The notes under the pieces were generated by a model. It did not search any database. It had not been told where the DNA came from and saw nothing but the letters and a program-made list of their open reading frames with translations. Shown one piece after another: positions 48,980 through 58,184 of a stretch of DNA of 64,000 nucleotides. Positions within the stretch are counted from its first letter, which is position 1; each line of letters begins with the position of its first letter. Origin of the DNA: an uncultured Planctomycetota bacterium (lineage in GTDB: Bacteria; Planctomycetota; PLA2; JAEUHO01). A program made the position numbers and the translations under genes. The stretch covers positions 288,001 to 352,000 of the forward strand of contig CAVVXN010000002.1 in assembly GCA_963752285.1 (NCBI GenBank), written 5' to 3'.

Positions 48980-49741
48980 CTACGGGCGGCCGCCGGCGAG
49001 GTCCTCCGGCGGCTCGCTCTCGAGGACGAGCGTCCGGCCGGTCCTGGGGTGGGGGAGGCGGAGCGACGTGACGTGCGCGGCGAGGGGGCGGCGGCCCTCG
49101 GGTCCGCGGCCGGGGCGGACCGCCGGCCCCGCGCCCGAAGCCTGGAGGCGGGCGACCGCCCCCGCGGACCCCACCGCGCCGACCCGCTCCGAGCGCACGT
49201 CCCCGGGGGCGGCGCCGCAGGCGAGGTAGCGGAGGCGGAGCTGCGCCTGGCCCTCGAGAAAGGCCGCCTCCACGCGTCGCCCCGCGTCGGAGGACAGCGT
49301 GGCGAGAACGATCCCGCCGACCCGCTCGTCCGGCGGGGGGAAGAGGGCGGGCTCGAGCCGGGCGCCCGTGAGGCCCGCCCGGTCGAGCGACGACCGGACC
49401 CGGGCCACGAGCTCGCCGTCCGCGACCGGGAGGGGCGCGTGCTCCACGACGAGGACGTGGCGGTCGAGGTGGAGGACCGGGAGCGGAAGCGACCGGGGCT
49501 CGTGACCTGCGGCTCCCCGCCCGTCCGGCGGCCACAGGCCGAGGTCCACGCGGGACCCGGCCGGCGGGACCGAGCGGGCGTCCCGCTCGACCCGCCCCTC
49601 CACGCGCACGGCGCCGGCCTCGATCCAGCCGGCGAGTCGTCGGCGCGACGGGGGGATCCCCTCGCGACCCAGCGCCGCGCGGAGCAGGTCGAGCAGGGGC
49701 TCCGTCCCCGTCGCCTCGAGCTGGACCTCGGCCGGGTTCAT
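48980..49741 (-). CDS. S4-domain protein, degenerate RluA/RluD pseudouridine synthase homologue
   Basis: S4 motif SRRRLAGWIEAGAVRVEG; VLHLDRHVLVV; C-terminal HPRTG..L.ESEPPEDL; HRLD and TGRTHQIR motifs eroded. Confidence 0.65.
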   Translation of the reverse strand: MNPAEVQLEATGTEPLLDLLRAALGREGIPPSRRRLAGWIEAGAVRVEGRVERDARSVPPAGSRVDLGLWPPDGRGAAGHEPRSLPLPVLHLDRHVLVVEHAPLPVADGELVARVRSSLDRAGLTGARLEPALFPPPDERVGGIVLATLSSDAGRRVEAAFLEGQAQLRLRYLACGAAPGDVRSERVGAVGSAGAVARLQASGAGPAVRPGRGPEGRRPLAAHVTSLRLPHPRTGRTLVLESEPPEDLAGGRP

Positions 49742-49806
49742 CCCGGGAAGCGTAGCGACCCCCTCCCCCCACGCCCGAGGGGAAGGACCGGAGTCCTATT
49801 CACGTG

Positions 49807-49834
49807 TTGCCAGAATCTTCAGGTGGGGTAGGGT
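49807..49834 (+). promoter_or_regulatory. Putative sigma70-type promoter of the pilin cluster
   Basis: TTGCCA-N16-TAGGGT in an AT-richer intergenic gap 52 nt upstream of the ATG at 49886. Confidence 0.4.
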
Positions 49835-49885
49835 CCCGGCGGACGAGTGGATGGACCGTGGTGGGGGGCCTGCGGAGAGCAGGTC

Positions 49886-51238
49886 ATGCCCCTACAGAAG
49901 CCGAACCGCCGCGACCGGGGCGCCGCCCTGATCATGGCGCTCATGACCTGCATGCTCGTGGGCGGCATCATCGTCGCCTCGACGGGCGAGATGTCCGCGA
50001 TGACGCGGGCCACGGAGGTGGAGTTCCAGGCCGAGGCGCAGTCCCGGAGCCTCGCGGAAGCGGGGCTCGTGGACGGCTACGCGTGGCTCCGGCGCCAGAC
50101 GGTCCAGCCCGTGGCGACCTTCGCCCCGCGGCGCGACCTCTCGGCGAACCCCCCCGTCAACGAGACCGACGACCCCTCGCTCGGCCTCGTCCGCGAGTTC
50201 GAGATCTCGCGCGGCCTCTGGGGCCGCTACGTGGTGACGCCCGGCGCCCCGCCGGAGCCCTTCACCGACGACAACGGCGACGGCTCCTGGCAGGAGGGCG
50301 AGGCGTACACCGACGTGGACGGCAACGACCGCTGGTCGCCCGGACACGGCACGCGCGACGTCACGAAGGAGCGCGGCCTCCCCGGCGTCGGCGCGGTCTG
50401 GCTCGTCGAGTCCACCGGGATGGTGTTCCGCCGTCCCCGCGCGGACCTTCCCCTCGACCAGGGCCCGAACGTCCGTCTCTCGAGCTCGAGGGTGGCCAGC
50501 GAGATCCGGCGGCTGACGATCGCGCCGCCGGCCCAGTCGGCGATCTGCGCGACGCGCGGCAGCAACGTGACGATCGGCAACCGCGGTCGTCTCCGCGGCT
50601 CGGTCACGGGCATCACCTACGCCACGTCGACGGGCACGCCGTACCTTCAGTCGGGATCCGAGGTCCTCACGCCTACGAAGTACGCCAGCATCCCGTCCTT
50701 CGGCGCGGGCGTCGAGGACGTGTTCGGCGTGGACCTCGCCCAGCTCAAGTCGATGGCGGACCTCAGCACCGCGGCCGGCGTGGACGGCCTGCCCTCGCAG
50801 CTCCCGGACTTCAGCCTGGTCGTCGTGGACGGCGACGTGACCTTCGGGGCGACCCACCCCCTGCGCGGCACCGGCGTGCTGGTGGTCAACGGCGACCTCA
50901 CCATCGGGGACGGCTCGAACTCCTTCTTCAACGGGGTGATCCACGTCTCCGGCAACCTCACCGTGCGTGCTCCCGCGTACCTCCGGGGCACGATCGTCGT
51001 GGAGGGGAAGGTCACCGTCTCGGGCACGGGCGGCGACTACGCCGAGATCGAGCACGACCCCGACATCATCAGCCGCCTCCTCACCGTGATGGGGCAGTAC
51101 CGCCTCTCGAAGGCGACGTACCAGCCCGGGCGTGTGACGCCCGACGGACGTCCCTACCTCTCGATCGGGCCGGAGGCCACCGACCGCAAGTCGGGGCTCC
51201 TGTCGATCCTCCGTGGCCTCCTCGGCCGCCTGCTGTGA
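49886..51238 (+). CDS. PilX/GspK-like minor pilin with two DxDGxG loops
   Basis: Class III signal RG|AALIMAL without Glu5; LAEAG motif; EPFTDDNGDG and EAYTDVDGND. Confidence 0.75.
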   Translation: MPLQKPNRRDRGAALIMALMTCMLVGGIIVASTGEMSAMTRATEVEFQAEAQSRSLAEAGLVDGYAWLRRQTVQPVATFAPRRDLSANPPVNETDDPSLGLVREFEISRGLWGRYVVTPGAPPEPFTDDNGDGSWQEGEAYTDVDGNDRWSPGHGTRDVTKERGLPGVGAVWLVESTGMVFRRPRADLPLDQGPNVRLSSSRVASEIRRLTIAPPAQSAICATRGSNVTIGNRGRLRGSVTGITYATSTGTPYLQSGSEVLTPTKYASIPSFGAGVEDVFGVDLAQLKSMADLSTAAGVDGLPSQLPDFSLVVVDGDVTFGATHPLRGTGVLVVNGDLTIGDGSNSFFNGVIHVSGNLTVRAPAYLRGTIVVEGKVTVSGTGGDYAEIEHDPDIISRLLTVMGQYRLSKATYQPGRVTPDGRPYLSIGPEATDRKSGLLSILRGLLGRLL

Positions 51239-51386
51239 CGAGCGAAGGTTGAAGGAAGGGTTGGCTTCTCCCTCGCGCCGCGCTCATCTCGCCGGAGCCC
51301 GCCCGCCGATAGGGGGTCGCGTGCTCCGGCGCCGGACGGCTCCGGGCCGGGGACGGGGTGTGCCCGGAGGACGAAGGAGCCCGGCC

Positions 51387-52676
51387 GTGTCGAACCGACC
51401 CAACCGAAGCCCCGGGCCGCAGCGCGGGAGCATCCTGATCTGGGCGGTCCTCGCCGTCCTCCTGATCGCGGGGGTCCTCACCCTGGGCAACGAGGGGGAC
51501 CGCGCGATGGACCGCCTGGCGAAGACCCAGGTCGAGTCGCCCGAGCAAGCGCGCGCGGTCGCGGAAGCCGGCCTCGTGGACGCCTACGCCTGGTTTCGCC
51601 GCCAGACCGTTCAGCCGGTCTCGACCTTCGCGCCCCGCCGCGACCTGAGCGCGAGCCCGCCGATCAACGAGACGGACGACCCGTCGGTCGGCCTGGTGCG
51701 CGAGTACGAGATCGCGCCGTACCTCTGGGCGCGGTACGAGGTCCGAAAGGCCCGGCCGGCCGAGCCCTACTCGGACGACAACCAGAACGGGCTCTACGAC
51801 CTGGGCGAGACCTTCACGGACACCGACGGGAACGGCGCGTGGTCGGGGCCTCGGGAGACGCGCGACGTGTCCGAGGAGCGCGGGCAGGTCGGCTCCGGCT
51901 CCATCTGGATGGTCGTGAGCCACGGCATGGTCTTCGCGCGGCCGCGGCGCGACCTCGCGCTCGGCGAGGGGCCCAACCAGCGCCTCGCGATCGCTCGCGT
52001 CGCCACCGAGATCCGGCGCCTCGCCCTGACGCCGCCGGCCGCCGCCGCGCTCTGCTCGAAGACGGCCAACCGGACGACGGTCGGCGCGCGCACGCGCATC
52101 CTCGGCGGGACGGGGGCGGGCATCGTCTACACCTCCGGCACGGGGTCGGTCGCCCTGCTCTCCGGGTCGGAGGTGAAGGGGTCGCCGGCCACCTCGTCCG
52201 TTCCGGGCTACGACGGCAGCGTCTCCGGCGTGTTCGGCGTGAGCCTCGCCGAGCTCAAGTCGATGGCCGACCTCTCGACCAGCGACCCCGCGACGGTACC
52301 GGGCCGCATCGGCGACTACACGCTCGTCGTGCTCGACGGCGACATCACGTTCGACCTCGCGCGCCCGCTGCGCGGGACCGGCATCGTCGTGGTGACCGGC
52401 TCCTGCACGTTGGCGGCGGGCTCGAACTCGTTCTTCAACGGCCTGTTGTGGGTGGGCGGGAACCTCACGGTTCGCGCGCCGGCGTACGTGCGCGGCACCG
52501 TCATCGCGGAGGGCAAGGTCGACGTGCAGGGCGCCGGCGGCGACTTCGTCGAGATCGACCACGACGACGGGATCATCAACGAGCTGCTCGCCGTCATGGG
52601 GCAGTACCGGCACACGAAGGCGATCTACGACCACGACCAGGACCATCTCCAGGACAGCCTCGAGACGGCGGAATGA
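51387..52676 (+). CDS. PilX/GspK-like minor pilin, paralogue of the upstream gene
   Basis: GTG at 51387 with AAGGAG; RG|SILIWAV; shared AEAGLVDxYAWxRRQTVQPV, LKSMADLST, GSNSFFNG. Confidence 0.75.
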   Translation: MSNRPNRSPGPQRGSILIWAVLAVLLIAGVLTLGNEGDRAMDRLAKTQVESPEQARAVAEAGLVDAYAWFRRQTVQPVSTFAPRRDLSASPPINETDDPSVGLVREYEIAPYLWARYEVRKARPAEPYSDDNQNGLYDLGETFTDTDGNGAWSGPRETRDVSEERGQVGSGSIWMVVSHGMVFARPRRDLALGEGPNQRLAIARVATEIRRLALTPPAAAALCSKTANRTTVGARTRILGGTGAGIVYTSGTGSVALLSGSEVKGSPATSSVPGYDGSVSGVFGVSLAELKSMADLSTSDPATVPGRIGDYTLVVLDGDITFDLARPLRGTGIVVVTGSCTLAAGSNSFFNGLLWVGGNLTVRAPAYVRGTVIAEGKVDVQGAGGDFVEIDHDDGIINELLAVMGQYRHTKAIYDHDQDHLQDSLETAE

Positions 52677-52689
52677 CGGCGGAGGCGAC

Positions 52690-55600
52690 ATGATCCGAAG
52701 TGACGACCACATCCGGGGCTTCAGCCTGATCGAGGTGCTCCTCGCCGCGGCGCTCGTGTTGATCGCGGCGTTGGCGGGTGTCGCCTACGTGACGCGCAGC
52801 GCGCAGCACGCGGACTGGGCGCGCGACAAGGTGTTCGCGCGGCAGAAGGCGGTGTCGATCCTGGCGGAGCTCCGCGCGTACGTGGAGGGTGGCGAGGGCG
52901 AGGTCGCGGCCGACCTCGACGGCTTCGACGACGGCCTCTCCGTCGATCCCTCCCTCACGATCACGCCCGACCCGGGCGACCCGGGCGCGTTCCTTCCCCC
53001 GGACCACCCCCTCTCCGGCAACATCAGCGACAGCAACGTGTGGCGCTGGTTCCGACGGATCACGGTCCGCCGCTTCCCGGGCGTGGACACCCGCGACCTG
53101 AGGATCTGCACGGTCCGCGTGTTCCGCATGCGGCTCGGCGACGTGATGCCGGGCGAGCAGATGGCCGAGGTCTCGTCCGTCATCCGGACGGTCGGGGACG
53201 CCTACCCGACCACGCAGGTCTACGACGTCTACCTGCTGGCCCTCGAGAACGTCCCCGGCTGGTGGGTCTACATGGACGCCATCCAGCCGTTCATCGAGGC
53301 GACCCTCACCGACCTCGAGTCCCGGAACCCCGGGCTCCAGTTCCGGACCCACTGGATCACGAAGCTCGGCTACGGACGCGACCAGGAGTACGCGCCCTAC
53401 ACGAACGAGGCCGTGGACAGCCAGCAGGACACGCCCTGGACGTACGTCTACCCGGGGCGCATGCCCACCGGCGAGTCGGCGCAACGCTACTACGTCGCCG
53501 ACCGCATGGGGGCCCGCGTCAACGTGGATGGCGCTCCCAACCCGAGCTTCGTGCACGACCACTCGGCCAGCGAGCCCTACACCGATACGAACGGGAACGG
53601 GCGCCGCGACGCCGGCGAGCCGTACACCGACGTCAACGGCAACGGCAGCTGGGACGTGGGCGATCCCGTCCCCTATGCCCTGGCCGACATGAACAACCAC
53701 TGCGAGCGCTGGCCCGACGCGAACGCGAAGTTCGAGGCCCGCGTCGCCGCGGGCCAGGACACGGAGGACACGCCGACCTGGCGCCTCCTGCTCGACCGGA
53801 TGAACGCGGAGCCGGATCGCTACCACAACGCGATCCTGATCAACCTCCACGGCGAGCTCGTCCCGGTGCCGCCCGCGCGCAACTACAGCGATGCGGCGAA
53901 GGCGCCGTCGCTCCGGCCCGGCTGGCGCGTCGTGACCCACCCCGAGCTGCTGCGTCCGGCCCGCGTGGCGGGCAACGACTCGGCGTCCGACGCGCCGCGC
54001 TACCGCGTCTATGCGTACAAGACCGAGTTCCAGAACACCGAGGTCCTGATGACCCAGGAGGAGCCGTTCCGCGACATGAACGGGAACGGGACCTGGGACA
54101 GCGGCGAGCCCTACCTGGACTGGAACGGGAACGGCACGCGGGACGTCTCCGTGCCCGCGACGATCTTCTTCCCCGGGGCGAACCTCACGTGGGCGCCGAA
54201 CGCCGCCAGCAACCCGTCGCTCGTCGTGAAGCGTCTGTCCGGCGGCATCGACGGGAACGGCGACGGACAGCCCGACACGTACGTCGACTGGAGCGCGGCG
54301 CCGCACTATCCCGAGGTCTTCACCGACGCGAACGGCGACAAGCTCCGCCAGGTGGCCGAGCCGTGGCTCGACCTGAACGGGAACGGCGTCCGCGACCCGA
54401 CCGAGCCCTACCAGGAGCTGGACGGGGACGGGGCCTTCACCTCCGCCTCCGAGGCGCTCGTCGACCAGAACGGCAACAACGACTGGGACCCCGCGCGTCC
54501 GGCGGAGCCGTTCACCGACATGAACGGGAACGGCAAGTGGGACGGCCCCGAGCCCTACTGGGACGTGGACGGGAACGGCGGGTGGACCCCGCCCACCGCG
54601 CCGGTCTTCCCCTGGGTCCCGTGGAACCCGGCCAACTTCGGCAACGCCGCGGCGACGGCCGCGTACGTGAAGTCGTACGGCGAGCCCTTCCTCGACCTCG
54701 ACGGCAACAAGATCCGCGGAACCGGTGAGCCCTTCTTCGACGCGAACGGAAACGGCGTGCGCGACGGCGGGTTCCAGCGCGGCGAGATGTGGTTCGACGT
54801 GTCCTACGACGCGACCCGCGGCGGCACCGTGGTCCACCTCTACGGGACGCCTCTCGAGACCCCGTACGTGGACAACGCGTCGAACGCCCAGAAGGGCCTG
54901 CCGACGTCCGCCCGTCTGTACGACCTCGACTACGTCCCCTGCCCCACGCCGGACACCGCGGCGGGCACGGACCGGTTCGCGCGGGATCTCTACAGCTCGA
55001 GCAGCTCCAACCCGAAGAACACGGCTCGGTGGACGATCGAGGTCCCCGTGCCCGCGCTGCGCAAGGGCTACGAGACCGGCGCCGGAGCCAACAACGGGGA
55101 CGCGGCGGACCGCATCCTGACGGTCGAGACGCGCATCGGGACCGATCTCTCGACCGGCACGATGTGGCCGACGAAGAACCAGCCGACGAACGTCTCGCGG
55201 GCGTTCTCCTACTACTACGCGAGCCCGGACGACGTCCCGTTCAGCGAGCGCTACCAGTTCCTCGGCGACCCCCGGCACTCGCCGTACGCCGACACCGACG
55301 CGCAGGGCAACACGGCGCGCAACGGCTACAACTGGTACTGGGACGACTTCGTCAACGGCACGTACGACTACCGCTCCAAGTGGCTCGCGTTCGACACCGG
55401 GCGGATGCGCGAGAAGTGGATGGGGCGGAACGCGAACGACGTCCCGCGCCTCTTCCAGTGGCTCCGCCAGGCGCTCGTGAAGACCGAGGCCGTCTACACG
55501 ACGCTCACGGGCTTCTCGTACTACTACATGTCGGTCGGCGGCGACGTCGGCTACGACGACGCGAACGGCTTCCCGAACAGCATCCCGATGGACGGCAAGC

Positions 55601-56820
55601 CGTTCGGGATCTCGGGCGACGTGTACGAGAACACGATCATCGACGGCAACGGCACCTCGTCGATCCGCGGGTCGTACAAGCTCGTGCGCAGCAACGACGG
55701 GGCCGCCGCGAGCATCCGCTCGGGCGGCTACTGGTGGTCGAAGCCCTGGCTCGGCGAGCTCTTCCAGGACTCCGCCTACGCGACCGAGTGGACGCGGTGG
55801 GGGAACCTGCGGGCCAATACGGGCTCGTCCGCCGGCGAGTACCACCTGGTGAAGCGCGGTTCGATCACGGGCAACCAGCAGCCGCGGGGAACGACGCTCG
55901 TGGACTCCTACGCGCGCGTCACCGAGGAGGGGTCCACCTCGATGTTCAACATCGGGAGCTCCTCGAGCACGTTCCACCACCAGTATCAGGACGGTCAGTC
56001 GGGCACGCTCGTCGAGGACGGGCCCCAGCTGGCGCAGAACTACAACTTCCCCATGCCCACGACGGCGGCGATCAGCCGTCCGTTCAGCCTGACGGCGAAC
56101 GGGTCGGGCGGCGTCGGCCCGGAGTTCTCGTACACCGACTCGTATCCGCGCTTCGCGGCGCAGATCGTGCGGCGGTACTACAACCACCAGTCCGGCACGA
56201 CCGGCAGCGCACTCGTGCGGCTCCAGGAGCCGGGCGCCGCCCGCGCCGCGTACATCGTGGTGAACGGCATCGACAAGACGATCGAGTCGGGGTCGGCGTT
56301 CATCGCGCGGTACGCGACGCTCTCGCTGATCCACTCCTACTTCGCCGCGGGCGCTCCGGGGCTGCCCAACCGCGTACACCAGCTGCCGAGGTTGCAGATC
56401 CGGAACCCCACGCTCATCACCGAGCTCGAGGACCCGGTCGCCATCCCGGTCCAGTGGAGCACGGAGTGGAAGCGCTGGGACGGCCTGCCGTACACGAGCA
56501 CCTTCCCCGCGAACTTCGCCGAGAACGAGTCGGACCTCGTCTACGTCCTGTCGTACTCGAAGGACGGCGGTAGGACCTGGCTCAACATGATGGACGACCA
56601 GCCGTCCGAGCTCGGGGTCATGCCGTGGATCAACGGCGTGGGGCCCGATCCCTCGCGCACGCTGAACGACTCCAACTCGGGTGGCGACGAGGTCTGGATG
56701 TGGAACACACCCGTTTCGAAGTTCCCCCAGGGCTCGTACCTGATCCGCATCGAGGGCTACCGGGCCTCCGAGTCGCTGCACTACAGCCAGCACGTGGAGA
56801 AGATCTATGTCAACCGCTGA
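52690..56820 (+). CDS. Giant type IV pilin-like protein (1376 aa) with ~13 Ca-binding-like repeats
   Basis: Prepilin site RG|FSLIE; repeated EP(Y/F/W)xDxNGNGxxD; C-terminal Asp-box SKDGGRTW. Confidence 0.85.
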   Translation: MIRSDDHIRGFSLIEVLLAAALVLIAALAGVAYVTRSAQHADWARDKVFARQKAVSILAELRAYVEGGEGEVAADLDGFDDGLSVDPSLTITPDPGDPGAFLPPDHPLSGNISDSNVWRWFRRITVRRFPGVDTRDLRICTVRVFRMRLGDVMPGEQMAEVSSVIRTVGDAYPTTQVYDVYLLALENVPGWWVYMDAIQPFIEATLTDLESRNPGLQFRTHWITKLGYGRDQEYAPYTNEAVDSQQDTPWTYVYPGRMPTGESAQRYYVADRMGARVNVDGAPNPSFVHDHSASEPYTDTNGNGRRDAGEPYTDVNGNGSWDVGDPVPYALADMNNHCERWPDANAKFEARVAAGQDTEDTPTWRLLLDRMNAEPDRYHNAILINLHGELVPVPPARNYSDAAKAPSLRPGWRVVTHPELLRPARVAGNDSASDAPRYRVYAYKTEFQNTEVLMTQEEPFRDMNGNGTWDSGEPYLDWNGNGTRDVSVPATIFFPGANLTWAPNAASNPSLVVKRLSGGIDGNGDGQPDTYVDWSAAPHYPEVFTDANGDKLRQVAEPWLDLNGNGVRDPTEPYQELDGDGAFTSASEALVDQNGNNDWDPARPAEPFTDMNGNGKWDGPEPYWDVDGNGGWTPPTAPVFPWVPWNPANFGNAAATAAYVKSYGEPFLDLDGNKIRGTGEPFFDANGNGVRDGGFQRGEMWFDVSYDATRGGTVVHLYGTPLETPYVDNASNAQKGLPTSARLYDLDYVPCPTPDTAAGTDRFARDLYSSSSSNPKNTARWTIEVPVPALRKGYETGAGANNGDAADRILTVETRIGTDLSTGTMWPTKNQPTNVSRAFSYYYASPDDVPFSERYQFLGDPRHSPYADTDAQGNTARNGYNWYWDDFVNGTYDYRSKWLAFDTGRMREKWMGRNANDVPRLFQWLRQALVKTEAVYTTLTGFSYYYMSVGGDVGYDDANGFPNSIPMDGKPFGISGDVYENTIIDGNGTSSIRGSYKLVRSNDGAAASIRSGGYWWSKPWLGELFQDSAYATEWTRWGNLRANTGSSAGEYHLVKRGSITGNQQPRGTTLVDSYARVTEEGSTSMFNIGSSSSTFHHQYQDGQSGTLVEDGPQLAQNYNFPMPTTAAISRPFSLTANGSGGVGPEFSYTDSYPRFAAQIVRRYYNHQSGTTGSALVRLQEPGAARAAYIVVNGIDKTIESGSAFIARYATLSLIHSYFAAGAPGLPNRVHQLPRLQIRNPTLITELEDPVAIPVQWSTEWKRWDGLPYTSTFPANFAENESDLVYVLSYSKDGGRTWLNMMDDQPSELGVMPWINGVGPDPSRTLNDSNSGGDEVWMWNTPVSKFPQGSYLIRIEGYRASESLHYSQHVEKIYVNR

Positions 56821-57832
56821 CCGTCCCCGCGGTGCCGTCCCGGGGCGCGCAGCGCGCCGGGGCGTCCGAGGCTTCACGTTCGTCGAGATCACGGTGGCGC
56901 TGGGCATGCTCAGCCTGATGGCGCTGGTCATCGAGCGCACGCTGTCCACGACGAACGACGCCGAGCAGTACCTCGCGACGGTCCGCCGCGTCACCGAGCG
57001 TGGGCAGAAGATCTCGTACGAGGTCTTCGACAGCGTGAGCGCGAGCCGCAAGCTCTTCCAGAACGACGGCGTCGGGCAGGGGTATCTCGCCGCGCTGGAC
57101 CTCTCCCGCGACCCGCTGCTCGCCGGCGCCCGGCTACCGCTGTTCGACGAGATGGGCACGCTCGGCCCGGACCTCGCCGGAGACCCCCACACGGGGAACG
57201 TCCTCCTCTTCGTTCGCGAGGGCGACCCGGCGCCGTGCGTGGCGGACGCCACGACCGAGAAGATCCGCTACATCGACACGTACCGCTTCGTCTGCGTCTA
57301 CCCGCACCTCGAGACGCGCCGTCTCGTCGCGAAGGACCCGCGGAAAGCCGTGGACCTCGTCGTGTGGAGGAGCATCCCGTACCCGAGCTACTCGCAGATC
57401 ATGGCGATCCAGAGCACCGCGGAGCGGAAGTCGGTGGTGGCGGACCTGTACGCGCGCTACGGCACCCAGGTCGCCTGGGACCCGAACGGCGCCGTGGACC
57501 AGGCGTTCTACGCGGTGGACTACCTGGGGACCGTCTCCGGTACCCCCATCTCGAGCCCGCTCGTGGCGGAAGACGTGGACGTCTCCGGACGCGGACGACT
57601 CGTGTACGCCAACGTCCAGCTCGCGCGCACCGACGCGACCTCCTACTACCGGCGTCCGGTCTTCACCATGGACGATCCGGCCAGCTGGGTCCCTGAGGGC
57701 TTCGAGGTGAAGGTGGCGGGCGCGTCCGGGTCGCGGAAGGTCTGGCTCCACGTGGTGGTCGAGGCGCAGGCGACGCCGGGTCGGGTCGCGGTCCACGCCA
57801 ACACGATGATCGCGAGCACGCGGGACCTCTAG
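56807..57832 (+). CDS. PilW/GspJ-like minor pilin
   Basis: Prepilin site RG|FTFVE followed by a hydrophobic helix; overlaps the upstream gene. Confidence 0.8.
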   Translation: MSTADRPRGAVPGRAARRGVRGFTFVEITVALGMLSLMALVIERTLSTTNDAEQYLATVRRVTERGQKISYEVFDSVSASRKLFQNDGVGQGYLAALDLSRDPLLAGARLPLFDEMGTLGPDLAGDPHTGNVLLFVREGDPAPCVADATTEKIRYIDTYRFVCVYPHLETRRLVAKDPRKAVDLVVWRSIPYPSYSQIMAIQSTAERKSVVADLYARYGTQVAWDPNGAVDQAFYAVDYLGTVSGTPISSPLVAEDVDVSGRGRLVYANVQLARTDATSYYRRPVFTMDDPASWVPEGFEVKVAGASGSRKVWLHVVVEAQATPGRVAVHANTMIASTRDL

Positions 57833-57954
57833 AGGGAGTCCCCCGTCCCCCGGCTCGGGAAGCGAGCGCGCGCTCGTCGTCGGGGCCGAGGCGCCGGGGG
57901 CCGGACGCCCCCCCGCGCCGTGGCGGCGCGCTCCCCCGGCCGTAGGATGCCCTC

Positions 57955-58086
57955 GTGAGCGACGTCCCCCCGATCCCGCCCGTCCCGCCGCGCGATCCGA
58001 GAGGGCTCGTCGGTTGGGGGCTCCTCCTCGCCGGCGCCGTGATCCTCCTCCTCGTGCGGCTCCTCGGCGGGGGCTGCGGCACCTGA
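57955..58086 (+). CDS. Small single-TM protein (43 aa), absent from the ORF track
   Basis: MSDVPPIPPVPPRDPRGLVGWGLLLAGAVILLLVRLLGGGCGT; TAGGAT 6 nt upstream of GTG. Confidence 0.6.
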   Translation: MSDVPPIPPVPPRDPRGLVGWGLLLAGAVILLLVRLLGGGCGT

Positions 58087-58184
58087 GGCTAGGCGCGGGC
58101 CCCCGGGTGGGGCCCAGCGGCACGACCCGCCTTCCTTGCGCGGCCTCGCCGCCGCGACCAGGATGGGCCGCGAGGAGGGAGTCG

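Noticed and set aside
51284..51312. Sigma28 promoter (GCCGATAG) before the second PilX-like gene
   Set aside because: No TAAA-type -35 at the expected 15-nt spacing
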